From the NCBI GenBank assembly GCA_048882045.1, contig JBHLRZ010000006.1:1-64000 (forward strand): DNA of 64,000 bases, given 5' to 3'. The notes beneath the pieces are model-generated. The model saw only the letters and a list, made by a program, of their open reading frames with translations. It made no database searches and was not told the DNA's origin. Shown piece by piece: positions 28,190 through 37,649 of the stretch (positions are counted from its first letter, which is position 1; each line of letters begins with the position of its first letter). The DNA is from Candidatus Thorarchaeota archaeon (lineage in GTDB: Archaea > Asgardarchaeota > Thorarchaeia > Thorarchaeales > Thorarchaeaceae). Both the position numbers and the translations under genes were made by a program.

Positions 28190-29792
28190 AAGCCCACAGG
28201 AATGTCAGTATAGCAGTGACTAATGTCATCATGACTGCCACTACAAGACCATAACGAATGACTTGGCCTTCGATTCCAATCTCATCAATTACAGCAGCAG
28301 CATTTTGGATTTTCGCAGGACTGAGTACACTCGCTAATCCTCCTCCAATTCCATTTGAAGCGGATACTACAATCGAATTTGCACCAATCAGATTGCTGGT
28401 TTCAACATGGTACTTAGTGAACATAGCTATAGCTGACGTTTCAGAACCTGATATGAATCCGCCAAGCAATCCCAAGAATGGGGCTAGCAATGGATAGAGT
28501 AAGCCCAAACCTGCAGTCAATGATGCAAGAAGGAAGATCATATTATTGGTAGGATCTAGTCCATTCACGAGGTCAGTCGGATTCAACCAAGTACCACCTG
28601 AATCAATAACCCAACCACTGAAGTTCATGACATCAGCCATAGCAAAGAAAATAGCTGCAGCAAGGACTGGTCGTGGAGCCCTCTGTCTGAAACTAGTGAA
28701 AGTCCGTTTCAACACATCTCTATCCGATTTCAAGAATGGCATTGATACAATGGTGGAAATCAACATTAGCGTGTAAGCCTGCCAGAGGAATCTGGTTCGT
28801 ATGACATTCGGGTATGCCCCAATCTGAACTGGAAATGCAAGGTCGACGAATAGAAACTGGAAGACCTGTGGTATCATGTTTGTAAATAGACTGAGAATGA
28901 CAAGTACAACCCAAGGAATACTTGCGCGTTTGAGACTGATTTGGGATTCAACTGTCAGATCATTTTCGTCCAGAATAGATCTGTCGATGAGCGGTTTTCC
29001 AATCCCCTTTGTATAAAGGAACAGGACTAGAAGCACAGCAGCTCCAGCAAAGACATCGGTCAAGGTAGTTAGGGGTAAAATCACATTGCACACAATAGCC
29101 AACAGTCCTGCAGTGATTCCACAGATTCCAGCAAGAATCAATCCATCACGACTAAGCAGAAGCTTTCGTCCTCCAGCAATCCAAAGCATCGAGATGGCAA
29201 TTCCCAAGCTAACCAATGGCATGAACCAAGCGAAGACAGCCCCAGCCTCTGGCAATGTCACCGTTGTAGCCCATGCACTGTATTCCCCAGTGAAGACAAC
29301 TGCTGGAACACCGAGTAAGGCAAACGTGGTGAGGGGATCATATCCAATTGAGGGGAGAGCAACTGCAACCATTGGAGAAAATCCGAGTGCGAGCATCACT
29401 GGTGGTAACATAGAAACCGGTGTGGCTCCAATCCCGACCAAGAAGAGTCCGAGACCAAAACTAATCATTAAGATCTGCATAGGCCGACTCCCCCCTCCGA
29501 GTGTTTTGAAGAACACAATCAGTCTTTGAAGAGCACCTGTTTCCTGCATGTAAGTCATCATGAGAATAGATGTCGCAACCATCAAAGAAATGGGAAATGA
29601 CTTGATTATCCCAGCAAGACTAGCTGTCAGTGCGATCGTGATGTCAGTCTGAAATGCGATGATAGCAATGATAAGAGTAACAAACCAAACGATAACACCT
29701 GTCACATCCGCTGCTTTATGCAAGAAAACTAACAGAACTAATGCCAAAACTATTGGCAGGATTATTAGGATAAAGCCAAGAAGGGCATCCAT
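28182..29792 (-). CDS. L-lactate permease family transporter
   Basis: Many TMs; ALGFSP..A, LAPFLGLLGGFISGSETSA.AMF, SPAKIQNAAA. Confidence 0.8.
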   Translation of the reverse strand: MDALLGFILIILPIVLALVLLVFLHKAADVTGVIVWFVTLIIAIIAFQTDITIALTASLAGIIKSFPISLMVATSILMMTYMQETGALQRLIVFFKTLGGGSRPMQILMISFGLGLFLVGIGATPVSMLPPVMLALGFSPMVAVALPSIGYDPLTTFALLGVPAVVFTGEYSAWATTVTLPEAGAVFAWFMPLVSLGIAISMLWIAGGRKLLLSRDGLILAGICGITAGLLAIVCNVILPLTTLTDVFAGAAVLLVLFLYTKGIGKPLIDRSILDENDLTVESQISLKRASIPWVVLVILSLFTNMIPQVFQFLFVDLAFPVQIGAYPNVIRTRFLWQAYTLMLISTIVSMPFLKSDRDVLKRTFTSFRQRAPRPVLAAAIFFAMADVMNFSGWVIDSGGTWLNPTDLVNGLDPTNNMIFLLASLTAGLGLLYPLLAPFLGLLGGFISGSETSAIAMFTKYHVETSNLIGANSIVVSASNGIGGGLASVLSPAKIQNAAAVIDEIGIEGQVIRYGLVVAVMMTLVTAILTFLWAFT

Positions 29793-30787
29793 TATTCATC
29801 CCTCTTTAGAAGTCCTTGCTCGAAATACCATGCGATAGCACGTCTATATCCCTCCTCCATAGACACCTCAGGGGCCCATCCAAGTAATCGTTTTGCCTTC
29901 TCATTTGAATAGACGCGATTCGCATACATCATATCTACAGATTTTGTATGCCAGAAGAAAGTCATTTTCTTCCTGTTCTTGATTGGACTCAGGATAGCCA
30001 TCCCAAACTTGGCAACTATCTTTGGAACACGGAGTCGTGGTGGTTTCACTCCTAGTTCTTGAGTCATCAATGTAAGAAACTCCTCCCAGCTCATGGAATC
30101 ATCCGGACAAATAATGAATGTGTTATTCAAAGCCGCCATTGGTGTCAATGCAGATATGAAGGCTGAAGCCACATCATCTATGTGAGTGTACATATAGCGG
30201 GCACTGAGGTCTCTTGGAAGTGCGAAGACCTTGCCATTGTACAATTCCTGTACGACCTCGAACATGACATAGAGGTCACCTTCTCCAAGGACACCAGTTG
30301 GACGGAGAATGATATGAGCTAGATCTGTGTCATTGGTTATTGTCGTAATCGCCTGCTCTGCGAGAACCTTGCTCTCCCCATAGCTGAATTCTGGTCTAAG
30401 TTCCGTATCTTCTGTTCCAGGTGGGAAACGTATCCCACCCATGGTTTCTGCACTTGAACAGTAGATGAATCGTTCAACACTAGTCCCCACACAGGCATTC
30501 ATGAGGTTTTTTGTGCCTTCAACGTTCACCTTAAACATTAGTTCCTCATCACTTGGGTAGAAGTCAAAATAGGCCGCACAGTGGATCACTACATCGACTC
30601 CCTGAACTGCCTTCTCTAGACTTTCGATTTCAAAGAGGTCAGCCTCTCTGACCTCGATATTCTTTGAGAGAGATTCTATATTGCTCGTGGATCTAACCAT
30701 AGCAACTACATCATGGCCATTTTCAAGAAGCAATAGAACAATCCGTCCACCAATGAAGCCTGTTGCTCCAGTGACCAAGACCTTCAC
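29792..30787 (-). CDS. NAD-dependent epimerase/dehydratase (extended SDR)
   Basis: VTGATGFIG, VIHCAA, NVEGT, YGESK, LRP. Confidence 0.9.
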   Translation of the reverse strand: MKVLVTGATGFIGGRIVLLLLENGHDVVAMVRSTSNIESLSKNIEVREADLFEIESLEKAVQGVDVVIHCAAYFDFYPSDEELMFKVNVEGTKNLMNACVGTSVERFIYCSSAETMGGIRFPPGTEDTELRPEFSYGESKVLAEQAITTITNDTDLAHIILRPTGVLGEGDLYVMFEVVQELYNGKVFALPRDLSARYMYTHIDDVASAFISALTPMAALNNTFIICPDDSMSWEEFLTLMTQELGVKPPRLRVPKIVAKFGMAILSPIKNRKKMTFFWHTKSVDMMYANRVYSNEKAKRLLGWAPEVSMEEGYRRAIAWYFEQGLLKRDE

Positions 30788-30821
30788 TTAGAGTTACCTC
30801 GGATGCTTCCTGATTTGTCCT

Positions 30822-31565
30822 TCATTTATCTGTTACCTCTAGAAGCGAGTCAAGTGAGGGCATGATCTCTCCAGCCTTGCCCATCAGGTGAACGTCCGCA
30901 ATAGAGGTCAGCATTGTCTGTTCGACATTGATCTCAATTAAACGTCCTCCTTGCTGTTTCACTACTAAAGGGAACGATGCAGCTGGTTGGACAAAAGCAG
31001 AAGTTCCTATGACGATACAAGCATCAGCTCGTTCGAGTTGAGCGTAGACTTGTTCTATGATGTAGGGATCTAAAGACTCTCCAAACCAGACAACATCTGG
31101 GCGTAAAAGATTGTCACAAATGGGACAAATAGGAATTCCAGATGCAGGAGAGTTTAGTCTCTCTGTATAGTCGCAGAATATGCATTTCAAAGACCATAGG
31201 TCCCCATGGACCTCCAGTACATTCTTGGATCCTACTCGGCGATGAAGTCCATCTACATTCTGCGTTATTAGCGACTTGAGAATGCCTCGCGCCTCCCACA
31301 TGACTAAAGTAGTATGCGCTGGATTCGGCTCACACTCAGCGATCAGCCCTTGTCTCCAGATGTACCATTCCCACACCAGATTTGGATTCCTAGCAAAGGC
31401 GGACGATGTAGCAAGCTCCATTGCATCATACTTTCTCCAAAGCCCATCCTTTCCTCTGAATGTAGGAATATTGGATTCCTTGGAGATTCCTGCGCCAGTC
31501 AGGGCTATCAGATATTCAGACTTATTGATTATGTCAGCAGCTACTTGGAGATTCAGACTTGTCAT
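30822..31565 (-). CDS. cobB: NAD-dependent protein deacylase (sirtuin)
   Basis: TGAGISKES.IPTFRG, PNPAH, TQNVDGLH, HG, CxxC..CxxC, RPDVVWFGE, GTS..VQPAA. Confidence 0.93.
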   Translation of the reverse strand: MTSLNLQVAADIINKSEYLIALTGAGISKESNIPTFRGKDGLWRKYDAMELATSSAFARNPNLVWEWYIWRQGLIAECEPNPAHTTLVMWEARGILKSLITQNVDGLHRRVGSKNVLEVHGDLWSLKCIFCDYTERLNSPASGIPICPICDNLLRPDVVWFGESLDPYIIEQVYAQLERADACIVIGTSAFVQPAASFPLVVKQQGGRLIEINVEQTMLTSIADVHLMGKAGEIMPSLDSLLEVTDK

Positions 31566-31716
31566 GATATACTCTTATCAAGCTAGAAAGCAATTTCTTA
31601 AACATAACCGTTCCTTCAGTTGCAGTTTGATTGACCACGCCATCATGCTTATTAGGTGAACATGTGCATTTAGGTTCACTATTGTGAATAAGTAACGGTC
31701 GTTAAGGGGAAATACA

Positions 31717-32217
31717 ATGTCTGCTGATGCGGCAAAGAGAGACAAGCAAGTCAAGCGTAGAACTTGGATGATGCCTCAAGAGGTTGAAGTTTGGTATGTG
31801 ATACCAGCCATCAGAAGGGAACTGGCAAAGGTCATGAAGACCAAGGTCGTAAAGAGGGCTGATGAAGATGGCGAGATGAAAGATCATAAGATCACCCAGA
31901 AAGAGATTGCTAGAATGCTTGGTGTGACAGAACCAGCTATCACGCAATATTTGTTGAGGAAAAAAGGACAGAGATCACGAGGAGATCAGGTAGACCTTCC
32001 GAAGGATATCCTAATGGAAATTGACAAGTCTGCTGACAAGATGATTGAAGAATATGAGATGGCGCGAATAAGTGATGACCAGGAAATCTATCAGGTCATG
32101 ACAAAAGAAATCAATAGAATAATCAGAACCATGCGCGATGCAGGAGTAATGTGCGACATCCATAAGGAGTTCTGTGCTCACCCCCAAGACACGTGTGATG
32201 CTTGTGACACCAAATGA
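31717..32217 (+). CDS. Archaeal HTH transcriptional regulator with Cys-rich C-terminus
   Basis: PQEVEVWYVIPAIRRELAK, TQKEIARMLGVTEPAITQYL..K..R; C.IH...C....C..C. Confidence 0.82.
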   Translation: MSADAAKRDKQVKRRTWMMPQEVEVWYVIPAIRRELAKVMKTKVVKRADEDGEMKDHKITQKEIARMLGVTEPAITQYLLRKKGQRSRGDQVDLPKDILMEIDKSADKMIEEYEMARISDDQEIYQVMTKEINRIIRTMRDAGVMCDIHKEFCAHPQDTCDACDTK

Positions 32218-32296
32218 TTTCACCAATCGAGAAAAGACCAAGTGTAGAAGGTTTTATTCGAGAATACTGTACACCTGATAATCATAAGTAGGGTGT

Positions 32297-33034
32297 TTGC
32301 TATTGACAGGAGAAATCAAAGTCGAAATCAAGGATGCTTATGCAACAATCACTATATCACGACCGGACAAGTTGAATTCAGTCACCAAAGAGATGTTGAT
32401 TGATTTCAATGAACAGGTCATGCAAATCGCGAATAATCCCAACATTCGAGTGATTATATTCACAGGTGAGGGAGACCGTGCTTTTAGCGCAGGGTTTGAT
32501 CTTGAGATGATATTGGGGCTCGAGAAAAAAGAGACCACAGAATTTTTCAAATTGCTTGAACGTACAATGCTCCTTATTCGTGAGAATCGAACTTGTGTGA
32601 CCATTGCCTCAGTCAATGGATACGCTGTTGGTTTTGGGGCAATGACGGTACTAGCGTGTGACATTCGTATATTTGCAGAAAATGCAGTCTTCAGACTTCC
32701 TGAGGTTGATCTAGGCGTCTTTCCTGGAGCTGGAGCCGCTTCAAACCTGTTACATCTAGTAGGACCATCACGTGCCAAGGACATCGTGATGACTAGTAGG
32801 AATGTTTCTGCTGAGGAAGCGTATAGGATAGGCCTTGCTGACAAACTCGTAAGTCAGGAAGATTTAGCTAAGACAACTCAGGATTATGTGGAGGACCTTT
32901 TGAGTAAAGATCCCACAGTCCTCATAAGATCTAAAACCATGATAGATGGAATGACAGGGAAAGATATCGCTGATGCTGATGAGGTAGAAACAGCCTACCT
33001 TGATGAGTGGCTACGTGAGAGAGAACAGTCCTAA
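32297..33034 (+). CDS. Enoyl-CoA hydratase/isomerase family protein
   Basis: RPDKLNS, AFSAGFDL, IASVNGYAVGFG, ACDIRI, LPEVDLG. Confidence 0.9.
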   Translation: MLLTGEIKVEIKDAYATITISRPDKLNSVTKEMLIDFNEQVMQIANNPNIRVIIFTGEGDRAFSAGFDLEMILGLEKKETTEFFKLLERTMLLIRENRTCVTIASVNGYAVGFGAMTVLACDIRIFAENAVFRLPEVDLGVFPGAGAASNLLHLVGPSRAKDIVMTSRNVSAEEAYRIGLADKLVSQEDLAKTTQDYVEDLLSKDPTVLIRSKTMIDGMTGKDIADADEVETAYLDEWLREREQS

Positions 33035-33048
33035 TCTGTCATAGTTGC

Positions 33049-34062
33049 TTACTCTGGCTCATTTGATACTTTGACCATGAGTTTGCCCATATTGGTTCCA
33101 TCAAACAATTTTCCAATTGCAGTGGCAGCATTTTCGAGACCATCAACGATGTCTACACGATATTTTATACGCCCTTCATCAAGCCATCTCTGAAGGTCTG
33201 CAACTGCCTCCTTCCTTCTATTGAAATAATCAGTGACAATGAATCCCTCTATACGAGCTCGTCTTGTGATTACGTTAGCTAGATTTGGGCCGGAACCTGA
33301 AACATTGTACTGAGAGATTAATCCACAAAGTACAATCCGAGCTCGAAGGTTAATTTGATTCAAGACCGTCTGGAAAAGTTTTCCACCCACATTTTCAAAG
33401 TAAATATCAATTCCATTGGGGCAATTCTTTCGTAGACTTTTATGAAGGGATTCAGTCTTGTAATTGATTGCACCATCAAATCCGAGCTCTTCGGTAAGCC
33501 ACTTACATTTTTCATCTGTTCCAGCTGTACCAACCACATAACACCCATTTATCTTCCCAATTTGGCCAGCAATAGATCCTACAGCTCCTGCCGCAGCTGA
33601 AACAACCAATGTTTCTCCGGCCTTGGGTTTTCCAATATCGAGTAGTCCAAAATAGGCTGTAAGTCCAGTGAGCCCAAAGATACTCAGATATGCAGGAAGT
33701 GGAGCGGAGATTTTTTCTGGCAATCTCATCAGACCCTTTCCATCAGTCACAGCGTAGTCTTGCCATCCAAGCAAACCATATACAAGAGTACCTGGTTGGT
33801 ACTTTTCAAGATTTGATTCTTCAACGACACCCAAAGTGATTCCATGCATGACATCACCAATCGATAATGCAGGCACGTAAGAAATCCATTCTTGCATCCA
33901 ACCCCAAGATGCTGGGTCGAGTGAAAGGTAGATATTCCGGACGAGAATTTCTCCTTTGCCAGGAATTGGTTTTGGAACCTCTTTCCAACTGAAATTCGAT
34001 GAATCGATAGTTCCTTCTGGACGTGTTGCAAGACACCACTGGCGATTTAATTCAACAGGCAT
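33049..34062 (-). CDS. NADP-dependent oxidoreductase (prostaglandin reductase/CurA-like)
   Basis: YLSLDP, GWQDY, GLTGLTAYFGL, VSAAAGAVGS, YFENVGG, CGLISQYN. Confidence 0.9.
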   Translation of the reverse strand: MPVELNRQWCLATRPEGTIDSSNFSWKEVPKPIPGKGEILVRNIYLSLDPASWGWMQEWISYVPALSIGDVMHGITLGVVEESNLEKYQPGTLVYGLLGWQDYAVTDGKGLMRLPEKISAPLPAYLSIFGLTGLTAYFGLLDIGKPKAGETLVVSAAAGAVGSIAGQIGKINGCYVVGTAGTDEKCKWLTEELGFDGAINYKTESLHKSLRKNCPNGIDIYFENVGGKLFQTVLNQINLRARIVLCGLISQYNVSGSGPNLANVITRRARIEGFIVTDYFNRRKEAVADLQRWLDEGRIKYRVDIVDGLENAATAIGKLFDGTNMGKLMVKVSNEPE

Positions 34063-34260
34063 TGGTCAATGCTCCAACACTATAATTGAAATCATATCTG
34101 GACTGCTAACGTAAGGCTTCTGTAGCAGATTTCATCTTTGATAGAAATTACTGAGATATGATAGTAGTAAAGATGCCTCTTGCTAGTTAAAAACATGGAT
34201 ACACACGTTTAAATTGTCAATAGATTTTCTTCAGGGTCCCAATAGAGGAGATGAACTATC

Positions 34261-35235
34261 GTGACCAAAACGGCGGTAATCGCAATCGGTGGAAATTCGT
34301 TAATAAAAGACAAGGCACACAAAACGGTACCGGATCAATATGCCGCCACAGCTGAAACCTGTAAACACATTGCAGACATGATTCAGCAAGGCTGGAATGT
34401 AGTAATCACTTCAGGAAATGGCCCTCAGGTTGGATTCATCCTGAGAAGGTCAGAGCTGGCAGAGCATGAGCTGCATCCAGTTCCCCTTGACTATTGTGGA
34501 GCTGATACTCAGGGTGCTATTGGATATATGATTCAGCGAGCTTTGTATAATGAGTTTCACAAGCGGGGTATGAATAGATATGTTGCGTCAATTGTTACAC
34601 AGGTACGAGTATCAAAGGACGACCCTGCATTCGAGAATCCAGCGAAGCCAATTGGTTCGTTCATGGATGAGAAAGAGGCTAAGAAAAAAGCAGATGATGA
34701 GGGCTGGAATGTCAAAGAAGATTCTGGGAGAGGTTGGAGGAGAGTAGTAGCATCACCAATCCCAAGAGAGATTGTTGAGCTTCCAGGAATCCAAGCACTC
34801 CTAAATGATGATATCATAGTCTATGCAGTAGGCGGTGGAGGAATCCCCGTTGTTGCCAATGAGAAGGGAGAACTTGAAGGAATAGCAGCGGTGATTGACA
34901 AAGACAGAGCTTCTGCACTTCTTGCAACGAACCTCCAGGCTGATGTCCTACTCATCTCAACAGCAGTGGAGCAGGTATACCTGAATTTTGGCAAGGAAAA
35001 TCAAGAGGCTATCGATAAGATGGACCACATCGAAGCCCAGCGATATATGGAGGAGGGGCACTTCACACCCGGAAGCATGTATCCAAAGATTGAGGCATGT
35101 GTCCAATTCATCAAGGATGGAGGAGAAATGGCAATCATTACTGATCCTCCTAACATCATTAGGGCACTGAATGGCGAAACCGGCACTCGAATTGTTCGGG
35201 GTTTTGCGGTCCCTCCGCCGCCAGAAAGAAGGTAG
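34261..35235 (+). CDS. arcC: Carbamate kinase
   Basis: [59 protein letters not shown]. Confidence 0.95.
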   Translation: MTKTAVIAIGGNSLIKDKAHKTVPDQYAATAETCKHIADMIQQGWNVVITSGNGPQVGFILRRSELAEHELHPVPLDYCGADTQGAIGYMIQRALYNEFHKRGMNRYVASIVTQVRVSKDDPAFENPAKPIGSFMDEKEAKKKADDEGWNVKEDSGRGWRRVVASPIPREIVELPGIQALLNDDIIVYAVGGGGIPVVANEKGELEGIAAVIDKDRASALLATNLQADVLLISTAVEQVYLNFGKENQEAIDKMDHIEAQRYMEEGHFTPGSMYPKIEACVQFIKDGGEMAIITDPPNIIRALNGETGTRIVRGFAVPPPPERR

Positions 35236-35284
35236 AAACCATTACATTAATCGAGAAGTAGTGCATCGACCAACTCGAATCACT

Positions 35285-35665
35285 ATGAAATTCGAACAAG
35301 TTGTTACAGAGAATGCACCAAAAGCAATCGGTCCATATTCTCAGGGAACCAAAGGAAATGGGTTTGTATTCTGTTCAGGTCAGATTCCGATAGATCCAAA
35401 GACTGGAGAGATTGTAGAAGGATCAATTACTGAACAAACGAAACAGTCACTGTCGAATGTTAAAGGAGTCATCGAGGCAGCTGGCTCTTCGATGAACCGT
35501 GTTATGAAGGTCACTGTGTTCCTCAGAGATATGAACGATTTCAGTGAGATGAATGAAGAGTATGCGAAATGGTTTTCAGATCCTCCTCCTGCAAGAGCCG
35601 CTGTTCAGGTAGCCAGGTTGCCAAAAGATGTTGGGATAGAGATCGAAGCAATAGCCATTCTCTGA
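35285..35665 (+). CDS. ridA: RidA reactive-intermediate deaminase
   Basis: [31 protein letters not shown]...IEIEAIA. Confidence 0.93.
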   Translation: MKFEQVVTENAPKAIGPYSQGTKGNGFVFCSGQIPIDPKTGEIVEGSITEQTKQSLSNVKGVIEAAGSSMNRVMKVTVFLRDMNDFSEMNEEYAKWFSDPPPARAAVQVARLPKDVGIEIEAIAIL

Positions 35666-35797
35666 TTATTGGTGGTTATAAGGTTCAGACTCCCTGATGA
35701 ATGTGGGAGTAGAAGGGCTGAGCCGCGTCACTATATACCCAACCCTTTTTAGTAGGTTCGAATGGCACAGTTGTGCATATCGAATACGGTGGAACAT

Positions 35798-36952
35798 ATG
35801 AGTTCAACTCAAAGGAATCTCTATGCACTCATTGTTGTCGCATTAATCTTAGGTGGGGTAGCTTTTGGAATAATGTACATCATGGTTCCTAACATACCTA
35901 ATCTTGACGAAGTTCCTGAAGTTACAATAACTGGATCTACAGGCACTTCAGTGAACGTTACTCTCACAGAGATGACAGCGATGTCAACAATTTCAAGGAA
36001 TGGTTCGTTCCAGAATTCCTACGGGAACGTCAGGGGTAGTGGTGAATATTCTGGAGTATTGATTTCAGATCTAATCGAACTCGTAGGGGGCATGGAAGAA
36101 AACGACACAGTCAAGGTGATTGCATCTGATGGGTACAGTCAGACATTCGAGTATAGTAAGGTGTATCCAAATGCAACCATCTGGGGGATTCAAGGAGATA
36201 TGGTGCTAGCCTACAAATTCAATGAAACAATCGTTCCTGATTACGAGGAAGGATTCAGACTAATGTTCCTACCTGAAGATGGGTACTATTCAAATGCGGA
36301 TGCCAATGCAACAACAGACCCGGATCCATATGCTGCTGGACCTCAGTGCGTTTCTGATGTAAACCAGATCGTGGTGATACCAGAACCAGGTCCTGAGCCA
36401 GTCCTTTTCATTCTAAATTATAATGATCAGACACTCCAATACACAATGAGTGAACTAGTTGCACTGGGATCTGTCAGTGGAGAAGGTGGATACAAACGAA
36501 ACTCTGGAGCAATAGTTGGGCCCGATTCATATCAGGGAGTTCCATTCACAACATTGATGACACAGGTTCTATCTCTCCCGTCTAACTACACAGTAATTGT
36601 GAGGGCAGGAGATGACTGGATTAGTGAATACTCGAAAGCAGTCATTGAAGGCACAGTGAATGGCTACAGTCCGACCGGGGATTCGATTGGTGACATAGCA
36701 TGCACCATGATACTTGCTTATGAGATGAACAGTGCACCGATTTCGATTGGTGATGGAGGACCATTGCGAGTCGTGTTTCTAAATGAGGATGGCAATCTGA
36801 CTGATGGATTCAACTGGGCAAAGAATGTAGTGAACATAACAATCGTGGAGGAGCCACTGTCCGCTGAACTACTCTCTCTCCAGGAAGCGCGTGGCCACAT
36901 CAGTGTTGATTTCATGTGTGCAACGCTCATCTCTGAGGACGAAAACAAATAG
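35798..36952 (+). CDS. Membrane-anchored protein with two molybdopterin-oxidoreductase-like (sulfite oxidase/YedY fold) domains
   Basis: N-terminal TM; duplicated YSGV..ASDGY..LAY / YQGV..AGDD..LAYEMN....GGPLRVV..WAKNV. Confidence 0.7.
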   Translation: MSSTQRNLYALIVVALILGGVAFGIMYIMVPNIPNLDEVPEVTITGSTGTSVNVTLTEMTAMSTISRNGSFQNSYGNVRGSGEYSGVLISDLIELVGGMEENDTVKVIASDGYSQTFEYSKVYPNATIWGIQGDMVLAYKFNETIVPDYEEGFRLMFLPEDGYYSNADANATTDPDPYAAGPQCVSDVNQIVVIPEPGPEPVLFILNYNDQTLQYTMSELVALGSVSGEGGYKRNSGAIVGPDSYQGVPFTTLMTQVLSLPSNYTVIVRAGDDWISEYSKAVIEGTVNGYSPTGDSIGDIACTMILAYEMNSAPISIGDGGPLRVVFLNEDGNLTDGFNWAKNVVNITIVEEPLSAELLSLQEARGHISVDFMCATLISEDENK

Positions 36953-37016
36953 TGCGGTCAGAACAAGGGTTAAAACCGTACAGTCTTGCGCGCAATCAAT
37001 AATGGAGTAATGGATT

Positions 37017-37643
37017 TTGTCTTCTAGCAATCAATATTCAAAGGCAGAGGTTCTTGTCAAACAGGCCGCCTCATTGATCGAGAAGAAACAGTTCAGTAAG
37101 GCTTTGTCTAAACTGAAACACAGCCTTGCTATGGATCCAAGTAACACGCGAGTCTGGGAAGAGATAGTTGCCTGTAATCTTGAGATGGGGCAACCAAAGC
37201 AAGCAATAGAGGCACTGAATAATCTTCTGAAGATCGAACCAAACTCCTCATCGAGATGGGGTGACAAGGGTCTCATCCATCTTTTGTTGAATGAAAATAC
37301 TCAAGGGATTGAAGCGATTAAAGAGAGTCTGAGGATTCAGCCACGAAATGTGCATAAGTGGGAGCTACTGGCCACAGCCCTCATTGCTGACGAAAGATGG
37401 GATGAGGCGATCGATGCATTGGAAAGAACGCTTGATCTCAATCCTAACTCCGCTGTGACATGGTACAATCTCGCAGTTTGCTATCTCTATTATGAAGATT
37501 TCGGTGCAGCTCTCGAAGCCGTGGAATATGCCATTGCTCTTCAACCATCACTTGAAGATCTTGCGGAACCGTGGGTCGAACTCATTAGTGACGAAATGAT
37601 CGAGGAGGCATACTCACCACTTTCAGGGATAGCTGCTTCATAA
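37017..37643 (+). CDS. Tetratricopeptide repeat protein
   Basis: About five 34-aa repeats ending (D/E/Q/N)P; W..LA..Y......A....ALxLxP pattern. Confidence 0.9.
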   Translation: MSSSNQYSKAEVLVKQAASLIEKKQFSKALSKLKHSLAMDPSNTRVWEEIVACNLEMGQPKQAIEALNNLLKIEPNSSSRWGDKGLIHLLLNENTQGIEAIKESLRIQPRNVHKWELLATALIADERWDEAIDALERTLDLNPNSAVTWYNLAVCYLYYEDFGAALEAVEYAIALQPSLEDLAEPWVELISDEMIEEAYSPLSGIAAS

Positions 37644-37649
37644 CATAAT

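Noticed and set aside
35694-35715. CTGATGA...GAA resembling a hammerhead ribozyme core
   Set aside because: No stem II between CUGAUGA and GAAA, and no GAAA/UH arrangement
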